Below are positions 23,988 through 34,969 of a stretch of DNA of 64,000 nucleotides, in pieces; the stretch's first letter is position 1, and the number at the start of each line of letters is the position of its first letter. Both the position numbers and the translations under genes were made by a program. The DNA comes from Sminthopsis crassicaudata (lineage: Eukaryota), in the NCBI RefSeq assembly GCF_048593235.1, contig NC_133620.1:28801772-28865771 (forward strand). Direction: 5' to 3'. The notes under the pieces are model-generated. The model was not told where the DNA came from. It was given only the letters and a program-made list of their open reading frames with translations, and made no database searches.

Positions 23988-24860
23988 GTGAGCACTGCCA
24001 TAAATTGTAATCGGATACTTTCTGATGGGGTTAAGCAACCGTCTAATTCTTTTTTTTCCCTAAGAGTATTATATTTCTTTCAATTACATGCAAAGATAGT
24101 TTTCAACAACAATCATTTTTGTAAGGTTTTGAATACCAATTTTTTTTCTTCCCCCTCCCCCAAGACAGCAAGCAATCTGCTAATAGATTGTTCTTGTACA
24201 ATCATTTTAAACATTTCCATATTACTCACATTGTGAAAAATATATTAAAACGAAAGAGAAAAACCATAGTAAAGAAAAAGCAAACCCCCCCAAAAGGTGA
24301 AAATACTATCTTTTGTAACTCATTTACATGCAGTTCCCTCTCTGCATGTAGATGACATTTCTCATCCCAGATCTATTGGAATGGTATCACTGTATTGCAG
24401 TACATTATAATCTGAGATTACTATCTTCATTGTCTTTTATATCTAACCTATTCTGTTGCTCCATCACTAATTTTTAGATGGTAACAAGTGGTTTTGATGA
24501 TTGCTGCCTTGTAATACAATTTTAGAATTGTTAACTATGACAACCTTCTAATTCTTCTGCTCACCTGGATGCTAGAGCCTAGAAATTGCCAAATGTGGTC
24601 CTTGGGACATTATTTCTCTTATATTCAAGATGTGCTTTTTTTTTCCTCTCTAGTTCTATGTAAAACTATCATTTTTCTTTTCGGTCATATGTACAATCAT
24701 CTTTTAAACATTTCCTTATGAATAATGTTGGGAAAGAAAAAGCCATGAGAGAAGGAAGGAAAAAAAAAAAAGAAAAGTGCTTAGTTCCAGAGCTGCTTCA
24801 GTTCACAAACCCCAGAGTGAAGGATTTGGTCATAGTGAGGTACCTTTTCTTCCTTGTTAG

Positions 24861-24991
24861 GGGTCTCTTCATCATTGATGATAAGGGCATCCTTCGCCAG
24901 ATCACTATCAATGACCTTCCCGTGGGCCGCTCTGTAGATGAAACGCTGCGGCTTGTCCAGGCCTTCCAGTTCACAGACAAGCACGGGGAAG
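24861..24991 (+). CDS. PRDX1: Peroxiredoxin-1 exon 5 ([27 protein letters not shown]...KHGE)
   Basis: Conserved sequence, canonical splice sites, 131 nt. Confidence 0.99.
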
Positions 24992-26509
24992 GTAAGCCTG
25001 AGGGAGGGGAAGGTCAGGCAGATGGGAGGAGGGGATGGCCAGGCTCCAGCCATCTGCTGCTGGGCCAGCGGTCCTGGATCTCATTCCAGATGGAGGTTTG
25101 GGTGTAGGGGTGCTCTGCATGTGCCCTGTCGGCCTGACTTCTCAAACTGACCCAGACTGAAGGGTGAAGGGTTTAATCCTGAGTTAGGACAGCTCAGCAC
25201 TTGGCAGCTTCCCCCAGTTAAGCCTGGGCCGATCAAACAAAGGGTTTGGCAGACAGTTTTACCCCAGGATGTTTAGTCCAGGTAACCTGGACCTGGAGTT
25301 AGAGGTGGTAAGAGGCTGGCCTGAGCAGAGGGAAAAACGAGGCTTGGGAGTCCTGCTTATCATCTTGTCAGGTGTTGGCAGTGACCTCTACCAAAATAGG
25401 TCAAGTTTGAGCAAAAGGGGAAGTAATTAAACCCTCTATTCCTGCTCCTGGTCCTTCTCACTCAGCTGTCAAAGTAGAGAAAGGAAAGGCTTTCTTCCCC
25501 ATCAGCCTTGGAGCTCTGGAGGTGTGGGGAGTCTGAGGGGGAGGGGGCAGCTTCGAGGTGGAGATGATCTTGGCCTGGGAAGAGTGAAGGCCAGTTGGAT
25601 AGCAGAGCCAGGAGCTGCTCCTGCCTGGGGTGCCAGAGGAACTGACTTCCCCTCCCCCATCAGTTTCTTCAGTTGTGTCAGACTTATAATTATCAGGGAA
25701 CAGATAATCAGAGAGAGGAAAGGATATTTAAGGATTTTAGACACTTTGGAGACTCCTCCTCTGTCCAGGAGGCCCAGGAAAAGGGACAGGCAGAGGGGCT
25801 CCCAGGTCACAACAGGTGGATACAGAGTGAAGACCCTGCTGGCCCTGGGTATGGGGATGGCTCCTTGAAGTTCTGATGCCCCAGGAAGCCTTTGTAGTCA
25901 CTTGCTATTGCGGAGACCTTGAAGCACTTGTCCAGGAGCAGAGGAGAGACAGGAAGGGCTCCACTGAGGCGTGGGAAGAGAAACACAGCCACAGTGAGCT
26001 GGACTCATGGGATTCTTTGGCCAGTGAGGGTCTCCAGACTTTTGGCCCCTTGCTTTTCCCTAAGATAGTCTTGTTTGGTGACCAAAGAGCAGGGCACTTG
26101 TGGACGGGGTTGGTAACCCAGCTAGCTTCAGGGGAGTTAGAGATGGCAGCTCCCCAAATGTGGGAGCTGGCTTGGACCACTGGAGAGAGGCTGGCATTCA
26201 GGTCTGCAAGGATCCCTGCAGGTTAAGGGACTTGGCCAGGATCAGTTGGTGTCTGAGCTGTCAGCTGCTTCAGGGACTGGTCTAGCACAAGAGCCTTTCT
26301 GAGGCCCCTTTGAACTTTGGGTTCTCCCGGCACCATGAGGAGGGACGTGTCCTGGGTCGAGTCCTCCCTCTCCTCTCCCTCCCAGCCAAGCCTGTGGTTT
26401 TCTTTGTGGCCCTTGTGCTGGAGCGTCCACCTATCCCTCAGGAGTGAGCTTCTGAAGGTGGCAGGAAGGGCTCTGGGTCACTGAGGAGGCTCATCCTTTT
26501 GTCTTTCAG

Positions 26510-26595
26510 TGTGCCCTGCTGGCTGGAAACCTGGAAGCGATACCATCAAGCCCGACGTCCGGGGCAGCAAAGAATACTTCTCCAAGCAGCACTGA
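26510..26595 (+). CDS. PRDX1: Peroxiredoxin-1 exon 6 with resolving Cys173 (VCPAGWKPG...EYFSKQH*)
   Basis: Total CDS is 106+154+123+131+86 = 600 nt, i.e. 199 aa plus stop. The YF motif is present. Confidence 0.99.
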
Positions 26596-26820
26596 GCTGC
26601 TCTCTATAGCTAGGGGGGCCTGGCCGCAGGCCCAGAACAAACGTGCATGTGGACGCTGGTAAGGGAGGCCCAAGTGTGGGGTAGCTGGACCAGTCATTTT
26701 CTTCGAGACCATTCCTCCTTCCCATTGCCTGTATCTCTCACTCTTAATGACCAAGTGCTGTGTTAACAATGTACCATAGTCAGCCCTCTGGCCTCGAGCT
26801 GGGGGATGTTTTGTAGCTCT

Positions 26821-26826
26821 ATTAAA
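26821..26826 (+). terminator. PRDX1: PRDX1 polyadenylation signal (ATTAAA variant)
   Basis: ATTAAA about 225 nt after the stop codon, followed by T/GT-rich sequence. Confidence 0.7.
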
Positions 26827-27997
26827 CTTGTCTTTAAGAAAACTGGCCCTTGTTTGTGTAGGGGTGACCTCTCTTTGCTTGGGTGAGTCTGAAACCCAAG
26901 GAGTGGAGGGTATCCGTGGGAGGACCCACCACCCTCTCACCCGGGCCTGGGGAGGCAAGGGGACCAGAACCAGCAGCCAGGCTGGGTTGGAGGTACTGCT
27001 GCTGAGAGGAGATATTAAAACAGCCAGGCTGGGGGGAAGGGGGGAATGGGGAACTGGCCCAGCCAAAAACAAATGGGAAAAGGGTTGCTCTTCAGGAGCC
27101 TCTGATCTAAGGTGGAGGAAGGCCTGTGTGATTTGAATGGGAGATAATAGACTGGGACTAACCTGTGAAGGAGGTTGGGAAAGGGTCCCCCCCCCCCCAA
27201 GGTGCTATTTGATCATAAACCACAAAGGGAGAGTTGAAGGGGACAGGGCAGTGAGCAGGCTTGGGGGATGGTGGGTGCAAGGGGATTGGTGTTAGGACTA
27301 GAGGCAGAGGCCCTTGGCTATTTGGATGCCAGGAAGTCTATTTGATCCATATGTGGATGCCCAGCAGGCCGGTAGAGGTCAGCAGAGGTTGGAGCTTCCT
27401 AAATGGGAGAATCCTGACTTGAACTAATTGACTTTGTGCACACCGAGATCCCAGGGGACTGGGGGGGCTGGAGGAACAGAGCAGAACATCTGGTTAGCCA
27501 GCCACGTCCTCATCACTGCAGGGAGGCTGTAGGACTAGGGCCTCCAGGTTTAGACCCCGCTGAGGCTATACTCGCCAAGTGGGCTATGAACCCTTCTTCC
27601 AGACTCCAGAGAAGCTGAGGGGCCCACTAATGTGGGCAAATCCACAATTGATAGGAGTTGCTGGGAAGATCCATGGAGGAAAGGCTGTCTTTGGAGAGGC
27701 GACAAACGTGGAGCTGCCTCCTCCCAGAAGCCTGCTCAGATGGCCATGGCAGGCTCACAGTATCCAATGCCTCAGGTTTGGGGAGGCCAGGACACCCCTA
27801 ACAGCCCTCTTCCTCACAGAGAACTGAATCAGTAGTTCTTGCTCCTTAACTCCCCACCCCTCCACCTGAAGAGGGTAGCACCTTCCCTCTGCATCTCCCC
27901 CAAAATAAGTACCAAAGTTAACAAGGCTTTAAAGATATGCAAATCTTTACTATTACACTTATATTATCTCTAGAACTTCACATTAACCCTGCAAGGC

Positions 27998-28015
27998 TTT
28001 ATTAGCAGCTTTATT
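27998..28015 (-). terminator. MMACHC: Candidate tandem MMACHC polyadenylation signals
   Basis: Two minus-strand AATAAA (+ tttatt at 27998-28003 and 28010-28015), about 780 nt after the stop codon. Usage is unverified. Confidence 0.4.
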
Positions 28016-28792
28016 TGACACAGAAAATCAGTGTGTACTCCAAGGGAATTAAGTGTGACTCTCAGGACACTGCCCAAAAAGCCAAGGTCACAGCCTCCAC
28101 AGGAGGAACCCTGTTAGAAGGTCTACCTAGGGCCCTGTCCTCTCCCAGGCCCCACAAAAGACTCTCCAGGCAAGATCCTTGGACACAACCAAATGCAGTG
28201 AAGCAAGGCCTTAGAGGCCACTGGGCCACAGCTTCCCCATGGGTAAAGCATCAATCATAAATCTACCTTCTGAGAATTAGGCTGTAGTAGTGAGGGCAGC
28301 TGATTTTTGCCAAAGTACGAAAGGCTAGAGATGGGGGAGGGGGTTTCCCCACTTGGGTGAGATGCCATGATCCACTTGAGGAAGCAGGTTCTGCTGGAGG
28401 CCAGACTGGCCTTGTTATTTAGTGCAGCAATCCCCAGGACCCTCCAGAACCTGAAAGAGCTGCTGGAATGCAGGATTGGAGATGGGGGTCTGACAAGTAC
28501 AACCCCCACCCTCCCTTAGCCCTTCAGCCCCTTCCCCCAGGGCTCTTCCTCAGCCCTTCTTTGGGAGGGGAGGCAGGGAAAGGAAGGTCAGGTTCTGACC
28601 ACTATTGTACACAGGAGAAGGACTAGCAAGGAAACTGCTTCCCAGTTCAGCCTGATCCCAACAGGTACCATAAGAATTTCCTATCCATTAAAATCAAGTT
28701 CTGTTCCCTCCGGCTCCTGCCCTCCATCCCACAACCAGGCCTTGGTCATAAATTATAAGTGGATAGCAGCTGTGAATGGAGGTGGAAGGGGC

Positions 28793-29188
28793 CTAGGTAC
28801 CCTGGGGAACGGTAGCAAGGACCCTTCTGGAGGTAGCCAGACCCATTCCCCAACTGAGGCCCACTGTCTCTTTGGGCTGGGCCTCCAAGCATGTGGAGTT
28901 GTCCCTGAGCCCCTCGAGCAGCGCCAGGCGCTGAGCAGGGGGCGTCGAGAAGTAGGCCTTTTGCTCTTCAGAGTAGCGCTCCACAGGGGCCACAGCGTCC
29001 CTGTAAGTCCAGTCTCTCCAGCGGAAGTTGAAGCTCTCCAGCAGAGCGATGCGGCCTTCTTGGGTGGGCACACTGTCGGGAGGTGGCAGGGGGGACAGGT
29101 GGGGCACCTCCACCCCTGGAAGCAGCAGCACTCCCCGAATAGCAAACCAGCCCCCGTACAGTGGGTGGATGCACACTCCGGCAATTTT
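28793..29188 (-). CDS. MMACHC: MMACHC (CblC) exon 4 ([19 protein letters not shown]...WRDWTYRD...[11 protein letters not shown]...QGT*)
   Basis: Conserved CblC motifs including the R161, R206 and R230 equivalents. Acceptor ttccttcAG; 396 nt. Confidence 0.97.
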   Translation of the reverse strand, partial: KIAGVCIHPLYGGWFAIRGVLLLPGVEVPHLSPLPPPDSVPTQEGRIALLESFNFRWRDWTYRDAVAPVERYSEEQKAYFSTPPAQRLALLEGLRDNSTCLEAQPKETVGLSWGMGLATSRRVLATVPQGT

Positions 29189-29707
29189 CTGAAGGAAAAT
29201 AGAGTGCAGACTGAGGCCTTCATCTTCACCCCTCATCGTATTCCTGGTCCCCACTGCAGCTTTCCTTATTTTGGGAAATGGAGGAGGGGACCCACCTCAG
29301 GGACCCCAAATCCCCAGGAACCCTTTGAAAGCATTCCTTATACTCCCTTCACCACCTCCTCCAGCCCATAGCTGTTCCCCCATCCTCCTCAGCACAGCAG
29401 GTCCCTCTCTATCATATCTGGCCCCCGGGGAGGCTGAACTCTGAATCCCAAGCAAGGAGGGCTAACCCTTCCTCATCTCAGCCCTGGGCTTCACTCCGAC
29501 GGACAGAGGGGCTTGGGAGCGGTGCCATGAGGAGAACCAAAGGCAGAGCAGGAGCCAGGATTCCTGCTTCCTCCCCCCATCCCAGGGAAGGCTGGCTGGA
29601 GAAGACTGCTGCAGCAGTCATTTTAATTGGGCCTTCCCTTCTACCCTCTGGGCTCCACCTGGGGGCCTCATATGAGCACCCAGTCCTTGCCCCCCCAATC
29701 CACCAAC

Positions 29708-29860
29708 CTTCTTTCCCCAAGGGTCAGATTCCACATCTTGCCGCTGGTAGTAGTAGGCAGCCCCTGCCACGTGGGCTGCTGTCTGGGCCAAGATTTTGGG
29801 GCGCCGGTTGGGGTGCATGTCATAGTCAGTGATGAAGTCTATCTTCTGTTCTGGAAGGCT
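29708..29860 (-). CDS. MMACHC: MMACHC exon 3 ([40 protein letters not shown]...WGKK)
   Basis: Conserved [23 protein letters not shown]; 153 nt; AG/GT sites. Confidence 0.98.
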
Positions 29861-30234
29861 CTGGGGCAGGGACAGAGATAGATTGCATAAGCAATGGTGC
29901 CCTCCCTAGCTGCCTAGGAAGAGCCCTCTGTCTGAGGTGAAGGGTGTAAATGGCAGAGGGCATTGAAGTCTTGATTTTGGTCCTGCAGAGGCTGGCAGTG
30001 GGGCAGGGCCTGGGATAAATGCTGACTCAGGAGAGGAGCCAAAGGCAGAACATGGAGGTTTCTGGAGGGTATGGCTTTGGAATGAGGAGTCCCAGCCAGG
30101 GAGTTATGGGAAAGGGTAGATACAGGGAGGCTGGGCTGGAGATGGGAACAGGGGGCACCTGATGCAACTCAGGGTCCAGAGAGGGGAAGTCCCTTTTTTG
30201 GGGTTCTACAGGAGGAGTGGGGGCTTGGTCTTAC

Positions 30235-30429
30235 CTTCTGAAGATTGGTGAGATGGTGGGCTACACACTGGTCCACAGGGTCCTTCAGAGGCTGCAGGTG
30301 GTCACTCTGCAGGAAGGGCTTCAGGGCTCGGTCAAACATGGCAGGGGTGCTGAGGACCACAAAAGCAAGTGTAGGCCCCGGCAGGGGCAGCTGGAAGGCT
30401 GGAGGCAGCAATGCATTGTACCATCCCAC
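30235..30429 (-). CDS. MMACHC: MMACHC exon 2 ([12 protein letters not shown]...[13 protein letters not shown]...NLQK)
   Basis: 195 nt, canonical sites, conserved sequence. Confidence 0.98.
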
Positions 30430-30940
30430 CTGGGCAGAGAAACAGGGCCGGCTCAGAAGAGATTCACCACTTCCACCCTTCCTGGGGCCCTGTGGCCCAG
30501 CTCTGGAGTCCTGGCCACTGACACAGGCCTTGTGACTTCCAGTCACCTCGGGCTCAAGTGATGCTCAGGGTGCAACCTCTGTGAGGTCGAGTGGCCCTTG
30601 GCCGGTTTATTTGGCTGGCCCCATCCTGAGCTGAGTGACCCTGAACCAGGACCTTCCTCTCAGTGTCCCGACTGGAACACTCCCCTTTTTGGGCAAGGCT
30701 ACAACATACTCGAGCTCCCAAGGCAGCGCTGGCTGCTTGCCCTCTGCAGGGGAGCTGGCAGGAAGCAGTCAGGTCAGATTAAAAATGCAAGGGCTGGTCC
30801 TGCCTGGAGGGGAGGGACTCTGAGCAAAGGCACAGCAGCCAGTCCTGCATCTAAGGGGATTAAGGCCAACTTTAGTCAAAGTCAACACCAGGCTCAAGGT
30901 CAGTACTAGGCCCCACTGCCTGGAAGCTCAGGATTTAGGC

Positions 30941-31127
30941 CAGGGGTTCTCAAACTCTGGTCAGCGGGCCAGATGCGGCTCACTGAGGACATTTATGTGG
31001 CCCGCCAGTTATGGCAAATAGGCTGAGGGGGCGGAGACAGTGGGAGCTTTTGTTTTTACCATAGTCTGGCCCTCAGCAGATTGAGGGACAGTGAACTGGC
31101 CCTATTTAAAAAGTTTGAGGACCACTG
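30941..31127 (+). mobile_element. hAT MITE of OposCharlie1 (OC1) type in MMACHC intron 1
   Basis: 16-bp TIRs CAGGGGTTCTCAAACT / AGTTTGAGGACCACTG (14/16) and 8-bp TSD ATTTAGGC/ATTTAGAC. The 3' part matches the recalled OC1 ...tgagggacagtgaactggccc(c)tatttaaaaagtttgaggac. Confidence 0.85.
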
Positions 31128-31139
31128 ATTTAGACCACG

Positions 31140-31700
31140 ATGTTCCTGGGAATTTTCATTGTAGGTTTTTTCAAGTGATCTGTGAATGCTGTTTGTATTT
31201 CTGCCCTCCCATTCTAAGAGATCTGGCAGCTTTCTTTTATAATATCTTGTTCTAGCTCTGGTTTTGGTCCTGGCTTTCAGTCTAATTATCTCTTCTTGAT
31301 CTATTTTAATATGAAATATTTTTTTCTATTTTTGTCTATCTCTTTGACTTTAGAAAAAATATTTCTTACTGCCTCATTAAGTCATCTGTTTGGTCCACGG
31401 TAAGTTTCAAGAAATCTGCTGCTTGGATAAGATTTTAGATCTCTTGTGCTAAGCAGTTAATTTTTCAAGTCTTATCCCGTAATTCTAATTTCTTTCCTCT
31501 GGTACTCTTTTCAACTATAAAATAACTTTTGAAAAAAGGGCTTCCTTTAATTATTCAGGAATTCTAGCTGACCTTCTGGCCAAGGCATATTCTTGATGCT
31601 TTGCTTGTAGATGTTTAGTCATTTTCTTTTTCTAAGTATCCTAGCATCCCTATTAGCATAATTGCTTTTTACAATGGGAGCCTTTTTTGTTGTTGTTGTT
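31140..31700 (-). mobile_element. Old LINE-1/HAL1 ORF1-region fragment
   Basis: T-rich degenerate antisense L1-type sequence, similar to 60640-60900 and 61440-62000. Boundaries are approximate. Confidence 0.45.
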
Positions 31701-33225
31701 CCCTTATTTTTCCTTGCTTATTTCTCCATTTAACGCCCAGATTCTATGCCCTTCTGGAGGAAATGTTTGGGCCATGTTGAGTCCCGTTTCATTCCTATTT
31801 CATACTCTCTTAGTCCTGTACTTGTTTCCTCTGGGTATTCCTTAGTGCTGCCATTCAAAGATCTCAGAAAATCAGGCTGGAAACCTGTAGTGTTCTGGTT
31901 GGTTTTCCGGAGGTCTCTGGACCAGCAGAGTAATCATCACAAGAATAGCCAGAGATAAAGTCCAATTCCTTATTGTCTCCTTCACAGCCGTCCCCTTGCC
32001 TGGGGCCTGGCCAGCTTTCTGGAGCCCTCCGGAATGGGTCTGGGTTTCTGTTGGGGAGGCGGGAGGAACCCCACAGTCTTGAAGTCTCCCTGAGTCCAGG
32101 AGCTTGGGCTCCAGCCTCCAGTCTCCTTCCCCAGTCTGTTCCAGTCCTATTCCATCCCCCTCTGGGTGGGATTGTGGCCTATTAAATACTCTATTACAAT
32201 TAAATCCATTCACCACACTGAGTATAAGCCAATCATATCACTGGGGAACCATTATTTGTCCTAAGATTAAATCAATCACACAGCTAGAGAACTAGTAATC
32301 ACTGTGCTAACCCAGAAACCATTGTCTCCTCGGTCCCACCGAGTTAGCACCTTGTAGGAGTCCTGGCCCGTCACACCAGTACCTGTAAGCTCTCTCTGCG
32401 CCCAAAGCTGCTCAGTTCGGGGTGACGTCGGATCACTGCCCCCTTTCCACGCTTCGGAGCCCAGCCGCCTGGGACTGCCCCCGTGGGAGCTGCAGGGGGG
32501 TGGGAGCTCCCTGGGAGGTCCTGCAGGTTCAGAGCGGGGCGGCCCTAGTCGGAGCTTCCCGCCCTTTGGTTCAGGTGCAGCTTCCGATGAGCTGCAGCCT
32601 CGGTGGTTATTTTCTCCTCTGCCTCAGCTCCGGGCCAGTGACTCTCTCAGCCTGCACGTACCCGGTGACCCTGCTCCCCGCCTTAAGCCACAAATCCGCC
32701 CCTCGGCTCCTGGTCCTGCCCCTCGTGCAGTCTCTGTGGAATCTGGGCCCCTTCCTGCCCGGGCGTCCAGGGGGCAGATCCCCCTCAGGTCAGTCCTGCT
32801 GCAGGTGCCCTCCTGGGGGGCCCCTGCCTCCTGTCGCCACAGCCTTGTGGCCTGTGCCAGCCTTCTGTAAATGGGCCTTGGATTCTGCCATCCGGGCACT
32901 GGCTGAGGACTCTCCCTCCCGCCTCTGCCCAGTCTCCGGCCCCGCGGTCAGGCCCCTGCTGGGAAGCCCCTGACCGGCTGGGCTCGGTGCCAGGAGCAGG
33001 CACCGGATTTGAGATTTACTGGCAGAGTCTGGGCGGCATCTTGGGGGCCTCAGGATTAATAAGAGTGCCCCAGCTCGCCCCCTCCCTCCCACCCGCCGTC
33101 CTGGGGCTTTCTGACAGTCAGAGAGCCAGGCTGGTGCCCAAAGGGCCCCACACCCCCCAGGGCCACCTCACAACCTTCCCTCCCCGCACGCCAAACACGT
33201 TTCCCCCTCGAGACACGTGCGGCGC

Positions 33226-33237
33226 CGCGCATGCGCA
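33226..33237. promoter_or_regulatory. NRF1 motif overlapping the MMACHC exon-1 splice donor; E-box CACGTG at 33214-33219
   Basis: CGCGCATGCGCA is a perfect YGCGCAYGCGCR match. Confidence 0.55.
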
Positions 33238-33238
33238 C

Positions 33239-33319
33239 CTGGAAGGGGTGCACCTCGAAGCCAAAGGGTTCCAGCGTAGCTCGGATGCGACCCTCCAGTT
33301 CAGCCGCTCCCGATTCCAT
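33239..33319 (-). CDS. MMACHC: MMACHC exon 1 (MESGAAELEGRIRATLEPFGFEVHPFQ); full CDS 825 nt = 274 aa
   Basis: 81 nt, PFGFEVxPFQ motif, donor CAG|GTGCGC. Confidence 0.97.
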
Positions 33320-33626
33320 GGTTCTGTGCTAGGCTCCCTGCGGCCCGCGCACTTCTAGGCGCAGCTCCCATCGGTTAGGAGGTGTAGTTCGTTGCGCAGG
33401 CGCGCTGGGCCAACGGCTTCGCAGCTCAGCTGCCCGGCCTTCCACGCTGCCACCGTCGACGGGTGGGGCGCGCGCAAGGCTTGCTGGGAGTCGTAGTTCG
33501 ATAGCCGTACGGAGCCCGTTGTGACCGCGAGAAGCGGATTCGGTGTTCCAGGGGGGCTCGAGGCAGCGCCGGCGCGCTGGGCTTGAACTGCGCAGCCTCG
33601 GGGAGGGAGGGGGAGGATTAGGGGCC
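33320..33626. promoter_or_regulatory. Bidirectional CpG-island promoter MMACHC/CCDC163 with ZNF143/THAP11-type motifs
   Basis: CTGGGAGTCGTAGTT at 33484-33498 (1 mismatch to CTGGGARWTGTAGTY) and TTAGGAGGTGTAGTT at 33375-33389. NRF1-like TGCGCAGGCGCG near 33393. Confidence 0.75.
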
Positions 33627-33701
33627 ATGGCTCCGGGGTCGGGGGGCCGGGCGCTGGCGGCGGCGCTGGCGGCGGGCCCGAAGCTTTGGAGCCCCCCCTA
33701 A
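33627..33701 (+). other. CCDC163: Strong-Kozak uORF (24 aa), in frame with the CCDC163 main frame
   Basis: GGGGCCATGG, reading MAPGSGGRALAAALAAGPKLWSPP, then TAA at 33699-33701. The same frame is then open to 34013. Confidence 0.55.
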
Positions 33702-33935
33702 GCCCCGTGCTTCCCGGCACAGGCTTCCGCGGCAGCCCCGCCTCCCACCCTGAGAGTCTCGGCCAGGCTACGGGGCAGGCCTGGCCTGACCCTCGGGGAG
33801 CCCTGCGCAGCCCGCTCGCTGCTAGGGCCGGGCCAAGGGCCGCCGCCCCGCGCCGCTCCCCGGCTGGAGCCCTCGGGTCCCAGCTGCGGTCGGCCACCCT
33901 CCGCCCTGGAGCCGCCGCGCCCGGTACCGTCCCAG

Positions 33936-34013
33936 GTGTCGGAGGAGTCCAACTGGGCTGAAAAGCTCGACTCCCTGCTGCAGGCTTCAGACGGCAATGT
34001 GGCCCGCATCAAG
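33936..34013 (+). CDS. CCDC163: CCDC163 first conserved coding segment (VSEESNWAEKLDSLLQASDGNVARIK)
   Basis: Ungapped 26-aa match to the recalled human N-terminus [26 protein letters not shown]. Donor AAG|GTGGGC. The true start is unresolved. Confidence 0.85.
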
Positions 34014-34537
34014 GTGGGCGGGGAGCGCTGCAGGCCCCAGGCTCGTACCCCGCGCCTCTCCTGCCGGTCCTGGGGCCCCGACACCCGGGCTTAAGCGAGC
34101 GCCCGCCCCGCCTCTGGGGCGGAGCTCTGGGGGAGACTCCTCCCCCAGGAGCCGCCTGGCCCCACCCCTCCATTAAGTTCTGACTTGAGCCCCGCCTCCT
34201 AGGGGGGGAAAGCTCTTCGCTGGATCACGGCCCCCAGGGTGGGCAGGAGCCTGATGGTGCCAACAGTCTTGGCCCAGCCCTCCCCCCCCCAGGTAGCGGG
34301 GGCCCCTTCCGTTGGCCTCGGTCCTGAGGGTCTCCTTTGCCCTTTTCTTGGGGGGGGAAGGGCCGCCTTGGAAGTTGGAGGGCTCGGAATGTGGGCTCGG
34401 CCCCTCCCCCATGGCTAGTTTGCTTCTCCTGGTCCCGGCCTGGCAGGGGGGGGGGGCGCTCGGAGCGCCCGGTCTTGCTCCGGGGCAGGATGGGCCGCGC
34501 TGACGTTTCCCTTGTCACTTTCCCTCCTGCTCTGCAG

Positions 34538-34577
34538 CAGCGGCTCTGCCCCCTTGGGGTCTCTTCACCTGGTGATT
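34538..34577 (+). CDS. CCDC163: CCDC163 coding exon 2 (QRLCPLGVSSPGD)
   Basis: Matches recalled QWLYPLGVST. NAGNAG acceptor and donor T|GTAAGT. Confidence 0.82.
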
Positions 34578-34790
34578 GTAAGTGTGTCATGCTCCGCCCC
34601 TTCACACGCCAGCCCAGTCCCGTCCCTCGGGCTCCTTTTCCACTCTGCCCCCGCTGCCCATGTCCTCCTGTCCTCTGCCCCCGAGGGAATGTGCCCACCC
34701 CTGCCTCCGAGGCCCCAGAAGCCCATCTTCCCCCGGGAAAGGCCCTGCTCCATGTGGTCCAGTCTTGGTTTCACCCCTTGCCTTCCGCAG

Positions 34791-34969
34791 CAAGCCTGGC
34801 TCCTTCAGGGTCCTGGGTGCCCCATTCTAATTCCCAAGGGGAACCACCTCGTCAGGTCTGGACCCTGGAGCCCACCCCGGAGGGGCAGGCCTGGGATGAC
34901 GCCTGCTTCTCCTTGTCGCTGTGGGATGAAATTGCCACTCTTCGGAACCAGCTCCGGACCCAGGCTCAG
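34791..34969 (+). CDS. CCDC163: CCDC163 coding exon 3 (...SLWDEIATLRNQLRTQAQ)
   Basis: Acceptor ccttgccttccgcAG, phase 1 to 0, heptad pattern at the 3' end, donor CAG|GTGCGC. Confidence 0.75.

Noticed and set aside
27620-27646. Walker-A-like GPTNVGKST on the + strand between PRDX1 and MMACHC
   Set aside because: No preceding hydrophobic strand, no downstream GTPase or kinase motifs, a stop 11 codons upstream and no good exon boundaries. A BLASTX hit would revive it.
28742-29371. 209-aa and 158-aa + strand ORFs
   Set aside because: Antisense shadows of MMACHC exon 4.
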